This document shows positions 1-13,300 of a DNA stretch of 64,000 bases, one piece after another. The position numbers and the translations under genes are program-made. The notes below the pieces were generated by a model. It did no database searches. It had not been told where the DNA came from and was given only the letters and a program-made list of their open reading frames with translations. The stretch lies in the NCBI GenBank assembly GCA_973895155.1, contig OZ316893.1, positions 9,053,839-9,117,838 on the forward strand, written 5' to 3'. Within the stretch, counting starts at the first letter, position 1, and every line of letters begins with the position of its first letter. The DNA comes from Marsupella aquatica (taxonomy: Eukaryota > Plantae > Marchantiophyta).

Positions 1-125
1 GCTTATCTGAATAAGTGGAGACAGTGTTAAATCTGGCAATGTACTAGTTATTCTGAGTCTGGCATTGGGAAAGAAGGAATTGTCTCTAGTGCGATGCGGT
101 GACATGTATTTAGATATTTTTGTAG

Positions 126-484
126 AGTGACTATAAGACGAGAATGGCTGCGAAATATGATGCAGTGACTCCAACTTTGGTTAGTGGTCAAACTAAAACA
201 AAGGAAGCTGCACAACGAATCTTCCTCACTGCTCAAACCTTTTTTGACGACGATAATTTCCGGTTCTCGTGTAAGCCATAATTATTACTAGTAACACACC
301 ACACATCCTAATTTCCATTTTCTAATATTCAAACCAGGTCAATCTTTCCTCGTAGCTTTTTCCTATGACAGGTATTGAATTGTTCTTAAACTTATATACT
401 CACAAAAGTTTAAAAACTGTCTCCTAGTGTTTCCCTCCTATATTGTGTTTTGGCCTTTGGGATCCTGTCTCCGAGTTTGGTGTT

Positions 485-522
<38 letters not shown>

Positions 523-3500
523 CCACAATTATAGTCTACATTGTTTTGGGGCTCGACTCGTTAGGCATTTCAATTATATAGAATGTATCTTCCCCTGACT
601 AACTTGTTGGGTGAATCAATTCACTCAGTGGATCCACCTCAGCCAGAAGACACAAGTGAAACTCGGGAAACTTCTCTGAAACAAGAGAAACAATTCTGTG
701 TCACCCATGCAAACTTCTCATCCATCTTTGGTCATCCGTGTGGTCTACTCCCTGGGCATAGAAGGTTGGCGAAGGCTACTCACAGCGCTCTTGTTGATTT
801 CTTTGGTGGAAGGCTAGAACCAAGAGCTGAGGCCTTCAACGCGCACTTCAAGGCCAGCAATGCAAACAGGAAGATTGCTATTGGCCACGGCTTAAACACC
901 CAAGGGCACGCAGTGCAACCCAATCTCGAGCTTGCAGACGTTGACACAGCAATAGAAAGTTATTACTTCACATGAGACACACATCAACAATCTAAGATTG
1001 TAAAACTGAAGTCAGGCAGTTTCGTCTACGCAATCAGTTAGTTGACTACAGTAAGCGACATGGACCTACTTAGGAACGTTATGAAAGTATGTTACTCAAG
1101 AGAATACGGTTTTGTTCAACCCTAAAGAAAGCTGTGGATAATTATGTTATTTTCATTGTCATGTAAGCTGAGCCCAAGGAAATTTCACTCTGCGTGTCTG
1201 TCATTGTATGCGCAATTGTACTTCGCGTTGATATACCATTCGATACCATGTTATTCTTGAATCGCATCACTTGCCAAGAGAAGTTGATGAACCCACATGG
1301 CCGTAGTCGATCTGCAGCCAATTTGTTTTTTCGCTCGCATCGTGAGTAAAACAAACTTCGCGAAAAGAAAATTTACCTTCTATATATGCCTTCTATGCCT
1401 GCGGCTAGAGCTTGCAGTTTAATTGTGCCTCGGTCCAGATTCAAACAAAGAAACCCAAGCCCAGCTTGAAAATCGAGCTGCATTATTGCCTCTCACAAAT
1501 TGCAAGGCTCTAGCCACGGTCTTGAAAATGTCGCATTCAGAGCAAGGCCTCGATAACCGCAAAATCTCTGCCCCACTTCCCGGATCATGGAAAGGAGCTT
1601 CGGAGAATCCTAATGGCTTTCAATTCGACAGCCACTAAGATTAATGAATGAATGTGAAGCCCACGGGGACTCGTCTGTACTATGGGAACTAGAAATCATA
1701 AGTGAAGAGCCACACAACAAAGAACATACATGGACGGCAAAATTAGGAGAATAACAGTTACTCAGCTGAACCATATGTCTAATGAATTGCTCCCCTGATT
1801 TCTAGATTAAGTGACAGAAATACGTCCTTGGTTAGATACCAAAGAGTTATATGACATTTTAAGCAATGGAGGACAACCTTCCCTGCTTTCACTTTCAACT
1901 CCAACGTCGTGGTCATATCCTCAAAGTGCTCTGGTGATGGATTTTGGCTCTGCAGTACGCAGTGCAGGTGACCAAAATCCTCACACTACTAACCTCACTA
2001 ACAATACCACTCTAGGCTTAATTAGATCGAGACCGACCTGTACTGAAATCCTAAGACTTAGTTAAGCTCGAGTAGCGATGAACCAATGTGATGCCTCCTG
2101 CTCAACGTTCCATGTACTTCTAGATCATACAAGATGAACTATACCCGAAGAAAATTGCAAATGTTTCACGCTGATTTTCGCGTGGAGGTGTCCAGCAATA
2201 AATCTGAAATAAGCTGTGAACGCTGCACGAGAAATTGGGGCCAGCCGAGCCGTATACTAATCTGATTACTCTCTCAAGAGCTGCTCAAGAGCTGAGCACA
2301 CGAAACTACTTACGAATTAAATGTCCACTGGGCAGCAATGAGTTAGAGGGATTCCGTGTCACACTAAAGCTAAGGCTGCAGGATACATTAATGTTTTCAT
2401 TGTAGCGTTAAGGTTGCGCCCCTCCTCAAGACTCCCTGAATCGACTGTCATTACTTTCGCCGATCTTTTACGATGAACCAAATCCATACATAAAACCGGA
2501 CTTACGTGAGACAATTTTGTTCGTTTATTAAGGACAGTAGCTAATGTACTACCTTTCTGATGCACTCAAACATATTCCAATATATCCTGTCAGAAATTCC
2601 TTGTCAACTGTGAAGTCGTAAGTACAGTGAAAAGGCATGACTCTTCACCGTGACAAAGAAACTAAATCTCAATCACAATGGAAAAGTAAGAAAAGTTCAA
2701 TGTATCTAAAGATGCTGTCATGGAAAACCTGTTCGTGAGACTCTACCCTAAATATGCACACGCATATGCACTCTCCCAAACTCCTCTCTCCACGGTAAAT
2801 TGAAAAGGAAAACTCTTTTGCACTTTCATACACGTGGTGGACAAATCAAAGTTTTGTTGTTAACACTAGTAATTAAACATGGACTAAAATTAGACCTTTC
2901 AAATTGTGATTAGCGAAGTCTCTCATGAATGAAGAGAGAACCACTAACGCGCGCTCAATATTTTCTTTTACCCTCACTTTCATGATCGATCGGTGAATCA
3001 AACACTTGCTTACGTCACATATTCCAACAGCCAAGTAAGAATTGAATACATGCCACAACTTGAACAGCGGCTAAGGTAAACGAATTCTAGATCTTGAACC
3101 TTGCTATCTTCCGCAATCCACACCATCGACGAACTCAGGTATGAGCGCAGATTTCTGGAATTCTTGCAAATCAAAGTCAATTACAAACTAAGGTAAGTAT
3201 GTTTTCAGACGAGTATGCCTAGCCTCTTGTTTATTTCCCGGTTGCTTTATCAATCAAATGAAAAGTTAAGTTTATTTTGCGTGTGATGTTTGCTTCATGG
3301 GCCAATATAAGATTATTCCCGATTTGGATTCACCTACATGGTGCCTTACAAGGCTTCAAGTCGTGGCTGAGTAATTTGAATTCTCAGGTAGAATAAATTT
3401 CGTACGAAAAGCAACTCAGGATCTCAATATTAAAGAAGCCATACTGAATGGTTTATTCTGGCATCACGATGCAGCGTCTCTTCAAAATTGAAATACCATC

Positions 3501-5902
3501 CCAGGTAAGGTTGTCAACGAGGAACTATCACATGTTCTCTCAGACTCATAAATTAATGGAACCCACTACGATATCAGTCGCGTAGGAAATTCCCACATAT
3601 TTTCAGAACCTGACAAAATATAGTTGTACAGGAGACGGTTCTCGATCTACTGGCTGCCAAAGCAATTTGCAGGATTCAGTGTTACTCAATTCAAAACTTT
3701 GATTTCGTAGACTAAACTATTGAAACCTTCTACAACACGTGTATGGGAAAACGTTCCACCTACCACAAACAGGGTTACATCAATCTGTATCATGGTGGTC
3801 TACTGAACAACATTCATCGAAGATAGCCTGCGTTCAAACCTCCTCAATATTCCATTTGTGAACTTTGTGATCGTCTACACTTACTTTCAAGACAAGAAAA
3901 ACTAATTTCCGTTTGGACACGTACTTTAGAACCATGGGGAAAAGTGACCGTACCATGACTCATGCGTTCAACCCTAAACCCAAACCTCCAGACACCAGCT
4001 GGGTCCCAGGAGCGACACCGCCAACCGAGGACAATAACTATTTCAGGTATGACAACAATAATAATGCACTGATAGCATCTAACTATGGTTGTCTAACATA
4101 TCATGGATAGAATCAACGAGGCGGTACTGTCCAAATGCACCAAAAGAACTCTGAAAAGTTGTAACTGCTATTGAGATTGCATCCAGATTGGGGAAGTTCA
4201 TCTGGGCAGATTGGACAACTGTAATTGCCATGGGAGCTTTTCTTTCCGTATGACAGGGACGCAGGAATAAGCCTAAATTGAAGTTGCTCTGGCTGATTAC
4301 GTTGCTCTTGACTGATTACGGTATTACGTACTTTTTGACATACTTACGGGCATACTTAGCTATTCATTATATCAAGGAGTTGGATTGGCCGCAACCTCTG
4401 TCTTGAGATCACTCCACCTTCGATCTACAGTAATTCGAAACTTTTGGCATACAGCTATGATCACGTAGCTCCATAAAACTCAAGAAACTTCCCTTGCTAT
4501 TATAAATATAGGTGTTGAGATAGTTACGATACTGGGAGCCAGTCATGAGATTCACCTGTTGTTACCAAACCTTTTGAAGACCTAGCCATTTAAGCGACAG
4601 CCACGCTTAATTCATCCCTGACCTAAACTTGAGAGCAGAGTTGTCGCTCAGCATGGTCCAGAAATAATTCTGGGATGTCATATGATCACAGTTATAGTAG
4701 TAGACCGATTTCAACATGCTGATAAGTATGTTGTAGCTGTGACCAGGATCCAGAGCGCTTATTTGTCACCGGCGGGTCCACCAGAAGGTGACGATGTACC
4801 TTACGTGCATGAGTATGTGCCTATCGTTGACCGCGCAGTGGCATCAACTCGGTCACCATTGTCGTTTCACGATGTCATTAGAGACACATTGAGTGAGGAG
4901 ATTAAATTGGTTGTGAAAAAGCCTCACGATGAATTCCAAGGTTCGCCCGAGGCAAAGAGATCGATCGAGGAAATGTTCGAAGTGACTCAAGACGACACAA
5001 AATTGGCTGATATGTGCGCGTACAATGCCTTGTGTGCGTGCTATGAAGGTAGCCTCCCTGTTGATATAGAAAATGAAATAATGGGACAACGATGGGCACA
5101 GAGAGGGAAAGATGCATCAGATAAATATAAGAGTTTTCTGAGAGAAGTTTTAGACGTTCAACCCGATGTAAGAGAGCTTTTGCAAGTGGTAGCGGAAACG
5201 CAGCAGGAGAAATATCTCGCCCAAGCGAAGCAGAATATGGAGGAAAACGGGTCGAGCCATAACTTAATAGCTTCGATTGTGCCCAATGCATTCTTCAACC
5301 ACAATCCGGCCTCACCCAAAAGAAGACCCTCTGCCAGAACTCCCAACAGAGATCAAGGGAGCCCCACATACAATTATAGTTCGTCTGGTCGATCCGATCA
5401 GGAGAGGAGCCCGAAGAGAGCAAGAAGGGCAAACGAAGACGAAGGAGATAGTGCACCCCAACAATTCTCTCCCCACTCCAGAACAGCATCGCCTACATCA
5501 AAAGGGAAAGAGCCATATTCAAGTCCAAGAGGAGCACAGACCCCTCCGCACTTGAATTTCAGTGGCTCGTCTCCAGCTGGAAGCTATGGGAGGAGGCCAA
5601 GGTCCGCTGAGAGCAGATCTCCTGCTCAATCTCAAACCCAGTTAAAGGGCAAACAGGCTGCTGATGACAGTGGACATATAGCTTCTTCCAACCGAGAGGA
5701 AGCTGCAGGAAAGCTCAGACGCCTCCAAACCCCATTTACCAGGAACGTGCTTGAGAATAATAAATTGATTCCTCGCAGAATCTTGGATCCCTGTGATAGA
5801 GTCAAATACGGAATTGCTTTTAAATTCCTGGGGGGTGACCATCCTATGAGTTACTACCCCAGACTAGAGGAAAAGCTTGACCACATGATTGAAGTTTTCA
5901 AA
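126..5902 (+). CDS. Unidentified spliced gene: exons 126-270 and 4737-5902 joined across a 4.47-kb intron; 5' end lies outside the window
   Basis: Exon 126-270 has a tttttgtag acceptor and a gtaagc donor, is open (SDYKTRMAAKY...DDDNFRFS) and ends in phase 1. Exon 4737-5902 has a ctgat branch site and a ttgtag acceptor, starts in phase 1, stays open for about 388 codons (ORF 4682..5929) and ends at AAA|gtaagt. The product has a helical-looking region followed by an S/P/R-rich disordered tract. I do not recognise the family. Confidence 0.65.
487..516. repeat. (TA)n microsatellite
   Basis: About 15 perfect TA units, directly visible. Confidence 0.95.
583..4686 (+). other. Putative endogenous viral element: decayed bunya-like L protein with an apparent internal deletion of the RdRp core, located in an intron
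   Basis: Protein-like frames continue through stops and a few frameshifts (583-1125, 1423-1638, 1811-2870, about 3140-3910, 3913-4680). The N-terminus reads H(781)...QPNL(916-927)...IVKLK(997-1011), which is one G>A change per motif from an H...PD...ExK endonuclease. A GGQP motif lies at 1868-1879. Region 1400-1590 shows weak protein similarity to the element at 63700-63870. Confidence 0.5.
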
Positions 5903-6872
5903 GTAAGTATTCTGTCCCAGAAGCACTGAAGGGGGGTGTTATATATGATTAGGAACTTTACTTTTCCCATATGATCTAAAGTTGTACAGCACAACCTGGG
6001 TGGAATGAAAGAAGCCTGAAAAAATATTTTATAAAAGCATGTTCATAATTTTACCCTTCCAATAGGCAATCCCTTGCTTATGGTTACATTTTTTCTTAAT
6101 TTATCATGAGATGAAACTAAAGGTGCCATGGAGCTCTACACCTTTTCCACGCCCACCCCATTTTCAGTGCAGTTGATGCACTCCTTGAAATTCTCTTGCC
6201 ACCTCCCTGTAGTATCCAAGTGCATGACTATCTCTCTCTTGCTGTTGATAGAACTTTACTATGGACAATAATGTGCAATGCACAGGCGTTGAGCTAATTT
6301 CTACCTGCGAGAATATAAATAAATGGAAAATACCCCGGATTGAGAAATCACTAAAAAGATTATAACAATGTACTGTGGTTCTGTTATAGTAGCAGTACAT
6401 GTTTAGTATAATTCAAGCTTCAGGTTCACATTTTGGATAAGATATGAGGTGGAAAAGCCTATTAGTATCTAAGGGATGAGATGTCAGTTCTGTTGATTCA
6501 CATATGAGGAAAAGGGTTTCGAATATAATTTTTTTTTGGAATTAATTGTCAATTAATTTGGAAAATCAAAAAATCCGTCTTTTAGTTTACTGCTATTTTT
6601 TTTTAAAATTCTGGCAACAAAACTAGATTATAGGTTCAAATATCAATTACTCCAATGATTTCAATGCCCTGTATAGCCACTGTTTTCTTGCTACCTTTAT
6701 ATATGTTTGCGCTTTATTGCGCAATATTCTGATTAACTTGAACTGTGAAAGGGGTTAGCCAATTGTCATCTCCAATGTTAGATCGAAGAAATGACTATTG
6801 CATAACAATGTATTGAACTTGCAAGTATTGAATGTTCTCAGAGACACCGCAAAAAGGGACCAGGCAACCAAT

Positions 6873-7105
6873 TCCACGTTACTTTTGATCATTGTGAATC
6901 TGACGATGACATGCCTCCAGCAGGGTAATCCCCATGATAATAACATTGTTCTAACTAGCCACCATAATACCCCCTCTGTTTCGTAAATCCACGTTACTTT
7001 TGATCATTGTGAATCTGACGATGACATGCCTCCAGCAGGGTAATCCCCATGATAATAACATTGTTCTAACTAGCCACCATAATACCCCCTCTGTTTCGTA
7101 AATCC
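6873..7105. repeat. Perfect 115-bp tandem duplication
   Basis: 6873-6987 equals 6988-7102, with TCC microhomology at the junctions. Confidence 0.95.
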
Positions 7106-7394
7106 TGTCAGGAGAAGAGGTTGTCAGGAGAAGAGGTTACCGGTGTGTAACCATTTCTACAGGGGCCTGCTATAGTCATAATCTGGTGTCCTGAAAAGTT
7201 GAGCCGGTAACCTCTTTCCGGGCAGGAGTTACGTATGCTAATGCAGGGCAGGGCTGGGGTTATAGGGTGTAACCTGCTCCCGGAATATTCAAAGAAGCTT
7301 CCTAACTGCCGCCGGTCAGTTTCTTTTCATATTCCGGACGCAGGGTTACATCCTAGTAACCCCTGCGCCCAGACCTGCATTACCCTATACATAA
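7104..7394. repeat. Two adjacent imperfect inverted repeats (foldback/MITE-like)
   Basis: aagaggttaccgg (7131-7143) pairs with ccggtaacctctt (7204-7216). About 7228-7289 pairs imperfectly with about 7328-7394. A 16-bp tandem duplication tgtcaggagaagaggt starts at 7106. Confidence 0.7.
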
Positions 7395-10300
7395 TAATGG
7401 TCCCAAATCAATGGAAATCCTGTTTGAAAATACAGGCATGCAACCCCTTTGTTTCAGTGCGTAAAAGCCAAGGCAGCATGAATGAACAACAAGTTACTAT
7501 AAATAACCATTATAAATCCAGGAAATTCAATATAAATCATCAATAATTTTTCAGGAAAACAGAGTATCTTAGAAAAGGATCTGCATCATTATTTAGCAAG
7601 ATCACAAAGAGTCACCATATTTTGTTGAGGCCACTCAATGTCCCTCTTCCCTAGATGCAGCCTACCACATGATATTATATTGGCTCACTTAACTAGAAGG
7701 GAGATTATGATTGACCTGAGCTAGATATTAGGGGTGGGATTAAGGGTCTCGCTTAATCCCCATCACATGCAAACAAGAAGCTTTTTTTTAAGAAGTTTGT
7801 TTTGAAGAAGACTTAATCAATAAACCATCAACATCTGGAATAAGAGTTCAAATGTCACATGTCATCACCTTATTGGTTTAAGGCAACTTATTTGATTTAG
7901 AATTTTTAATACAAAACACCGTGGCATGTGATGGAGTACCCCCAAATGGTGAGTCCCAAGGCTGAGATATATTTTAATATTACATTGTCACTCTTGGAAT
8001 TTAATTATTACTTGGCCATCTCTTTCTATAACGAGCATTTCATGATGAAAACTAGTAGGCGGTTGAATGTTGAATCATTGCAAAAGTCCATTTGATTAAC
8101 CACTGGTGAAAAAATGTGGAGCCATACCCTGCACCATCTTACTTAGAAAGTGTCAACTATTAAGCTAGTCAGAGTTTTGGCCTAGGCTTCTAGAGTGAAG
8201 CCTCTAGACCTTAACTCCATGGCTCATCATGTGAATGAGAAACTCATGACTATGATGTATGTCAAATGATAATCATGCATATTTTTTGTCATTATATCTA
8301 TTTGCCTTAAAAAAATGGGTTATATGCCCCCACCATAACATATGTGCATAGAGAAGAGTATGGTATATTATGAACATACTTGATTATTAAAATAACCACA
8401 TGCATGATGGTTTTTGTTATCATTCAAAGAATGTGAGTATTTAAGGTAAATATTTTTGTGATATTTTTATTGTCTTCCCTTCTATTCACGTTCAAAGAAC
8501 GGGTAGTCTAGGCTAGTAGGTAATAATTGAAGTAAAATAGTGGCATATGAATGTAGCAAGTATCAGTATGATTGACACCAGCCTACTGAACATTGCTATT
8601 ACCCTTAATATATGCGTTGAACTTTTTCCCTATGGCCTGGTCCTGGTTGACTTTTCTTTGCTCATTGATCTTACTATCTCACATACAATATCATCCATTC
8701 AATAAATCTGAGAAAAAAATAGTCTTCCTTTCTTTGCTGTTGCAGGTGTTGCCTCCAACCCAAGCCAAAAAAATGTTACATAAAATTTCATAATGATATG
8801 CAATCCTTTTTTGGAAAAAGTGACCCCAAAGAATATGAGGATGCATTCAAAACACCAGTATTTTTTTTTAAGTGTCTGTCAAGGGTGAGCATCTGCACTA
8901 AAGAGATCCCAGATATTAGGATTTCAGTTGTATTCACAAGTCAGATCCATGAGGACACCAGGAAGCTAGAGGAATAGCTAAGACTGTGAATAGTTCCATT
9001 TCATTTCCCCTCTTTGATTTCAGTACTCATACGGGACTTCATGATATTCCTTCATGTGTCGTGAGAGCTTAAGTTATCATTTTGTGAGCATTCCTTTTTG
9101 CAAATTTTCATGATAAATCTTGTACAATGAGCGTCATTCAGTCCATTATCGTCCATGTTCAATTGTGTGGTTATAGAACTACTGTGCATGCATGGGGTCA
9201 TTGTTATTTCCAGATCACCTAGTTTGTTATCCTAGTACTCATGCTAAAAAACTTCTAAACAGTTTACAAAATATGCCTGCAAACGGGCATCCAACCACAT
9301 TGCAATACTGAAATTTAAAAAGGAAGAAAAGGCGCCTAGTTTTAAGCAATAGTAAGTTAATTAGTGTTCCTTACTTTCAATTGTCCTTTATCATCGATCT
9401 ATGACTTCTAATTCATTGCATCCTGTGCAGGCTCTAACAAAAATACTCGTTCAGTATTGTAGAGAGAACAATATTCGAGCCCAGGTCTTTTACCCCAGCT
9501 ACATAGAGGAGGCACTAATGTAATAAACAATCCTCTTTTTATCTTTCACCAAATTTTCAAGTTCATGTTCATCCAAAGATGTGCTCTGAATAAAAACCAA
9601 GCATTGGTCGTAAGCAGCTTCACTTGCTGTAAGTTCTTCCAAACTAATGTTGATATAATATGAAAAATTGCTGTCTGGAAACTTTGATGAAGACGCAATT
9701 GTGGAATGAATGTGTGCAGGAAATATGCAGTTGAGTTTCCAATCCCATATGAAGGGGAGGGTCCTCATTTGGCCAACAACCTAGGAATTAGTGCTCAGGA
9801 GGTATAGTATTTTTGGAAAGCGGCCACATTGTTTTCCTCCATACTCACTAATTAACAAGATCCCTCCATGTTTTAATTATATTGTTCACTAAATCATGGT
9901 TTGTGATGGGCATCAATTGTCCCACAAATTACAAATATCCGCAGCCCCTGTTTTTCATTGTGTATGTATGTGTAATTATTAACCAAAACCAAGAGGGTCG
10001 GTGCTTCCTCACTGAGCTGCCATTCAAAATGAATAAGCAAATGTAAGAGTATTTTATTTCCATTGAATGTACATTATTCTTTCCACTGCAATTTTTATAC
10101 GTACATGCAAAGGAAAATCTATGGTTTGAATCTATTTCATTTGGATTCTAACTATCATGCATGAAAGGATTAATGCACTGGGCATGCTTTGTGTAGGTAG
10201 AGAAAAAGCTCATCATGCTCAGAGCAAAGCAGATCAACCAGTATGACCAGCAAAAGGAACTTTCAGATGCTCAAATAATTGGAACAAAGCGTGAGCAAGA

Positions 10301-13300
10301 AATGCATCCACCTCAGTCATTCCCAGGGAACAATGCATTTCACAAATTGTCACCACGACTTACTAAAGCCATCATGTACTGACTCCTGATTTCACAACCT
10401 ACCCAGTAAACAACTTCCAAATTCATTTCATAATGAAATTAAACTGTAATGCACTTAGCAACTGGTTTGAATTACATGGGTAGCATCATATTAAAAAAAA
10501 CATTGGAGCTGCTTAAAAATGTAATATGATAAATCTTGTAGCACATCACCTTGATTTTCCACTTGGAAACTATATATGTGGAAAATATTTCTACCTTACG
10601 TGGTACAATTGTCTAATTTAAAGCTATTTTCATGGCCTTTTGTGGGCCTTGCACTCCTCTTAGTACTAGACTTGTTGTGCTCCCTGCCTGTTCTGAATCT
10701 GAGACTCTTTCAATTGGCACTACCCATGACATGTGTTGCCAACGGGAGTTGCCAAAACTTATTTCCAAAACAAGGCCCCCACTTTGCCTTGGGCCTAACA
10801 TCTACACTCACCGTCCCTCGTTCACTAGTTTAAGCTAGTAGATAGGAATGAGTTTGCAGACAATAGATTAATAAAACCAGCAGGTTGATTAGATGGTTGT
10901 GGTGGTATGTGTGGATATATACAGTAGTTGATGCATAAATTGGCTTCATTTTGTGCAGGAGTTGGCTGATCGGCAATAAAGAAAAACTCACTCCTCAAAA
11001 TCGGTTTTTTGATAATAAAACTTTTGAAAAGTGGGTGAAAATTGTGGAGGAGGAGCATCCTGATTTTAAACCTTATTTCACCAGAGAATTGGCAAGTCCT
11101 GCACTTATAATTAATCTAATTATGAGAGCTTTATAATTATCCATGTGCATGTTAGTCTTACTTTTCATTTTTTAAGGCACTGAGCCACTCAAATGATCAT
11201 TTTCATTTTCATATGGAATTGTTGCAGAAGTGCTCACTAAAACCATAACTAAAGATTAGAAGCTTATGATTGAAATATTATGGCACTGATCTTGGTGATA
11301 TAGCATACTCATCCTGGAACATGACAAGTTATTTTGTCCTCTAGCAAAAAGTTTAAGTTTTTTAGTGAAATACAGGTGATCTAATTTTTTTGTGGCAAAT
11401 ATAAATAGGACATTAGGAAACCTGACATTGAAAAGTTGTGCACATAAGCTACAAGAGTGAAAGTACTCGTGTAAAGAAAAGTAATAATTAACAGGAAAAT
11501 TTTTAAGTCTATGGTATTGGGTTCTACACATACTATACACCAGTAAAGATACTTATGTACTTATCTTAGGTAATGACACTCAAATAAATTAACCCATAAA
11601 TTTAGGACACAAAACCATGAGTAGAATTTAAAGACTTGAGGAGTGCACTTTAATTACTGTAGATCATTTATTCTTCACTCATTAAAATAAGGGCTAGAAT
11701 TTCAGTGAGCTTTGTTAAAGGGTGGATGATCAAAAGTATATCAAAGATATATTGAAAAATTTAGAGGGGTGCCAGATTAAATTCAACATCTAAAGTATAC
11801 AAGGGATGCAACTTGGTAAGACACATTGAATTAAAATACACAAGAAAAGAAGTTTGAATAAGACAAAATACTGGAAGATGGATTCACCATATAGCATGCT
11901 CAATCCTATATTCTTCTTTTTGCCTTCGATCAAACTATATGTGGACTAAGCATCATAACACATGAACATCACACATAGGAGTCCCCATAAGAGTGCAAGG
12001 ATTATGGGGTAGCTACCAAAGAAAAACAGCGGGTGAATTTGATAGCTATCTGATACACATTGCTCGTCTATCTTTGTGAAGATTGGTTTCTCCACCTTCA
12101 AATCACAAAATAGAGTGTACCCTTAGAGTATGTAATTTCTGTCTGATGTAAACAAGACTTCTGATTAAATCAAATACTCCACGTAAGTCCTATTATGCTC
12201 TGTGCCTGATTGATTTTGACACCCTGATTCACTATCCAATGAAAGGTCACGACAGCATGTTTTGTGTTGGACATGAACAAAGATTTGATGCTGAAGAAAT
12301 GGTGGAAATCTAAGTCCTTAAACTTTTCTTTCAATTGTTGAATTCCTATTTCCATTATAGTTTTAAATTCGATTCCTCACAAATGTATGCTTGGTGTCTC
12401 AGATTGAAAAATATTGTTTTCGGTATCAAACCAAACATTTCCAAAAGTTTCCTTTGCTACCTCAACCAGAAACAAACGTCCCTGTTGAGGAACCAGAATC
12501 TACCCCAAAGCCTACATCCCCGGCTAGAGAGGTTATTGTTCTTAGCAGTGACAGCGACTCATGATTATACTGGACATGATGTTTTAGTTGGGAAGAAGGC
12601 TCAGGGGTCTCACTGTATAGAGCCCCCCACATCCCCTGCAATGTTCGTAGGCCAGGTACACCCTCCAGCTTGATCAAAATCAATCAATTAATTGTTTTAC
12701 CCTTATTAAGCTGGACATTTCCTGGAATTTTCTAAATTTTGGTTTTTGAAACACTATCTTTTATTATATTATGAGAGATATGCTTAGCCGGATGCTTAGT
12801 AGACCTCCTTCTGGAAAAAAATTGCTTAATCAACCTCCTCCATACTTTTCCCCAATCTAGAAGGGATCTTTTGATCTCAGATCTGGACCATTGATAGACC
12901 TCAGGGGGTCTATCAAGTAACAAGTTTAGTTTTGGGGATCTATCAAGCATATACCTCCTTTTATTATAGGTCTCACAATTGTATTTTGAAGACCCTAGTA
13001 TTCAACCAACAAAAGGACCACATGCTTAGTCGGTTATCACTCAAATGAAACCCCCAGGAATTGAAAAAGGGGGCTGGTTATTCAAACATGTATATAGCAA
13101 GACTTTTGGTCCGCACTCTTAAATTGGTGTGCTCAGATTCTAGCCATTTTACACCCTTTCATTCCCTTTGAGATTAAATCTCGATCATATAGTGAGTGGA
13201 AAAGGCTGCAGTTAGTTTTGCAATGTGGTGTCTATTCTACATGGCAAGCAGTGGGCTCAAGGAACTGCTGATGTGGAGTGCATATCCAATTTATTTGTGT

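Larger units (their letters stand above)
6066..11815 (+). pseudogene. Scattered exon-like segments, probably the decayed 3' continuation of the unidentified gene
   Basis: AG-flanked segments with protein-like frames: 9431-9484 (ALTKILVQYCRENNIRAQ|gt), 10197 onward (VEKKLIMLRAKQINQY...), 10959-11091 (SWLIGNKEKL...YFTREL|gcaagt) and 11706-11815 (ELC*RVDDQKY...FNI*SIQGMQL|gtaag, two internal TAA). The exon chain is not fully resolved. Confidence 0.4.

Noticed and set aside
4682-4736. ATG 4682 as the start of a standalone 415-aa gene
   Set aside because: A branch site and acceptor at 4736 are phase-matched to exon 126-270, and a strong donor lies at 5903, so this is more likely an internal exon.
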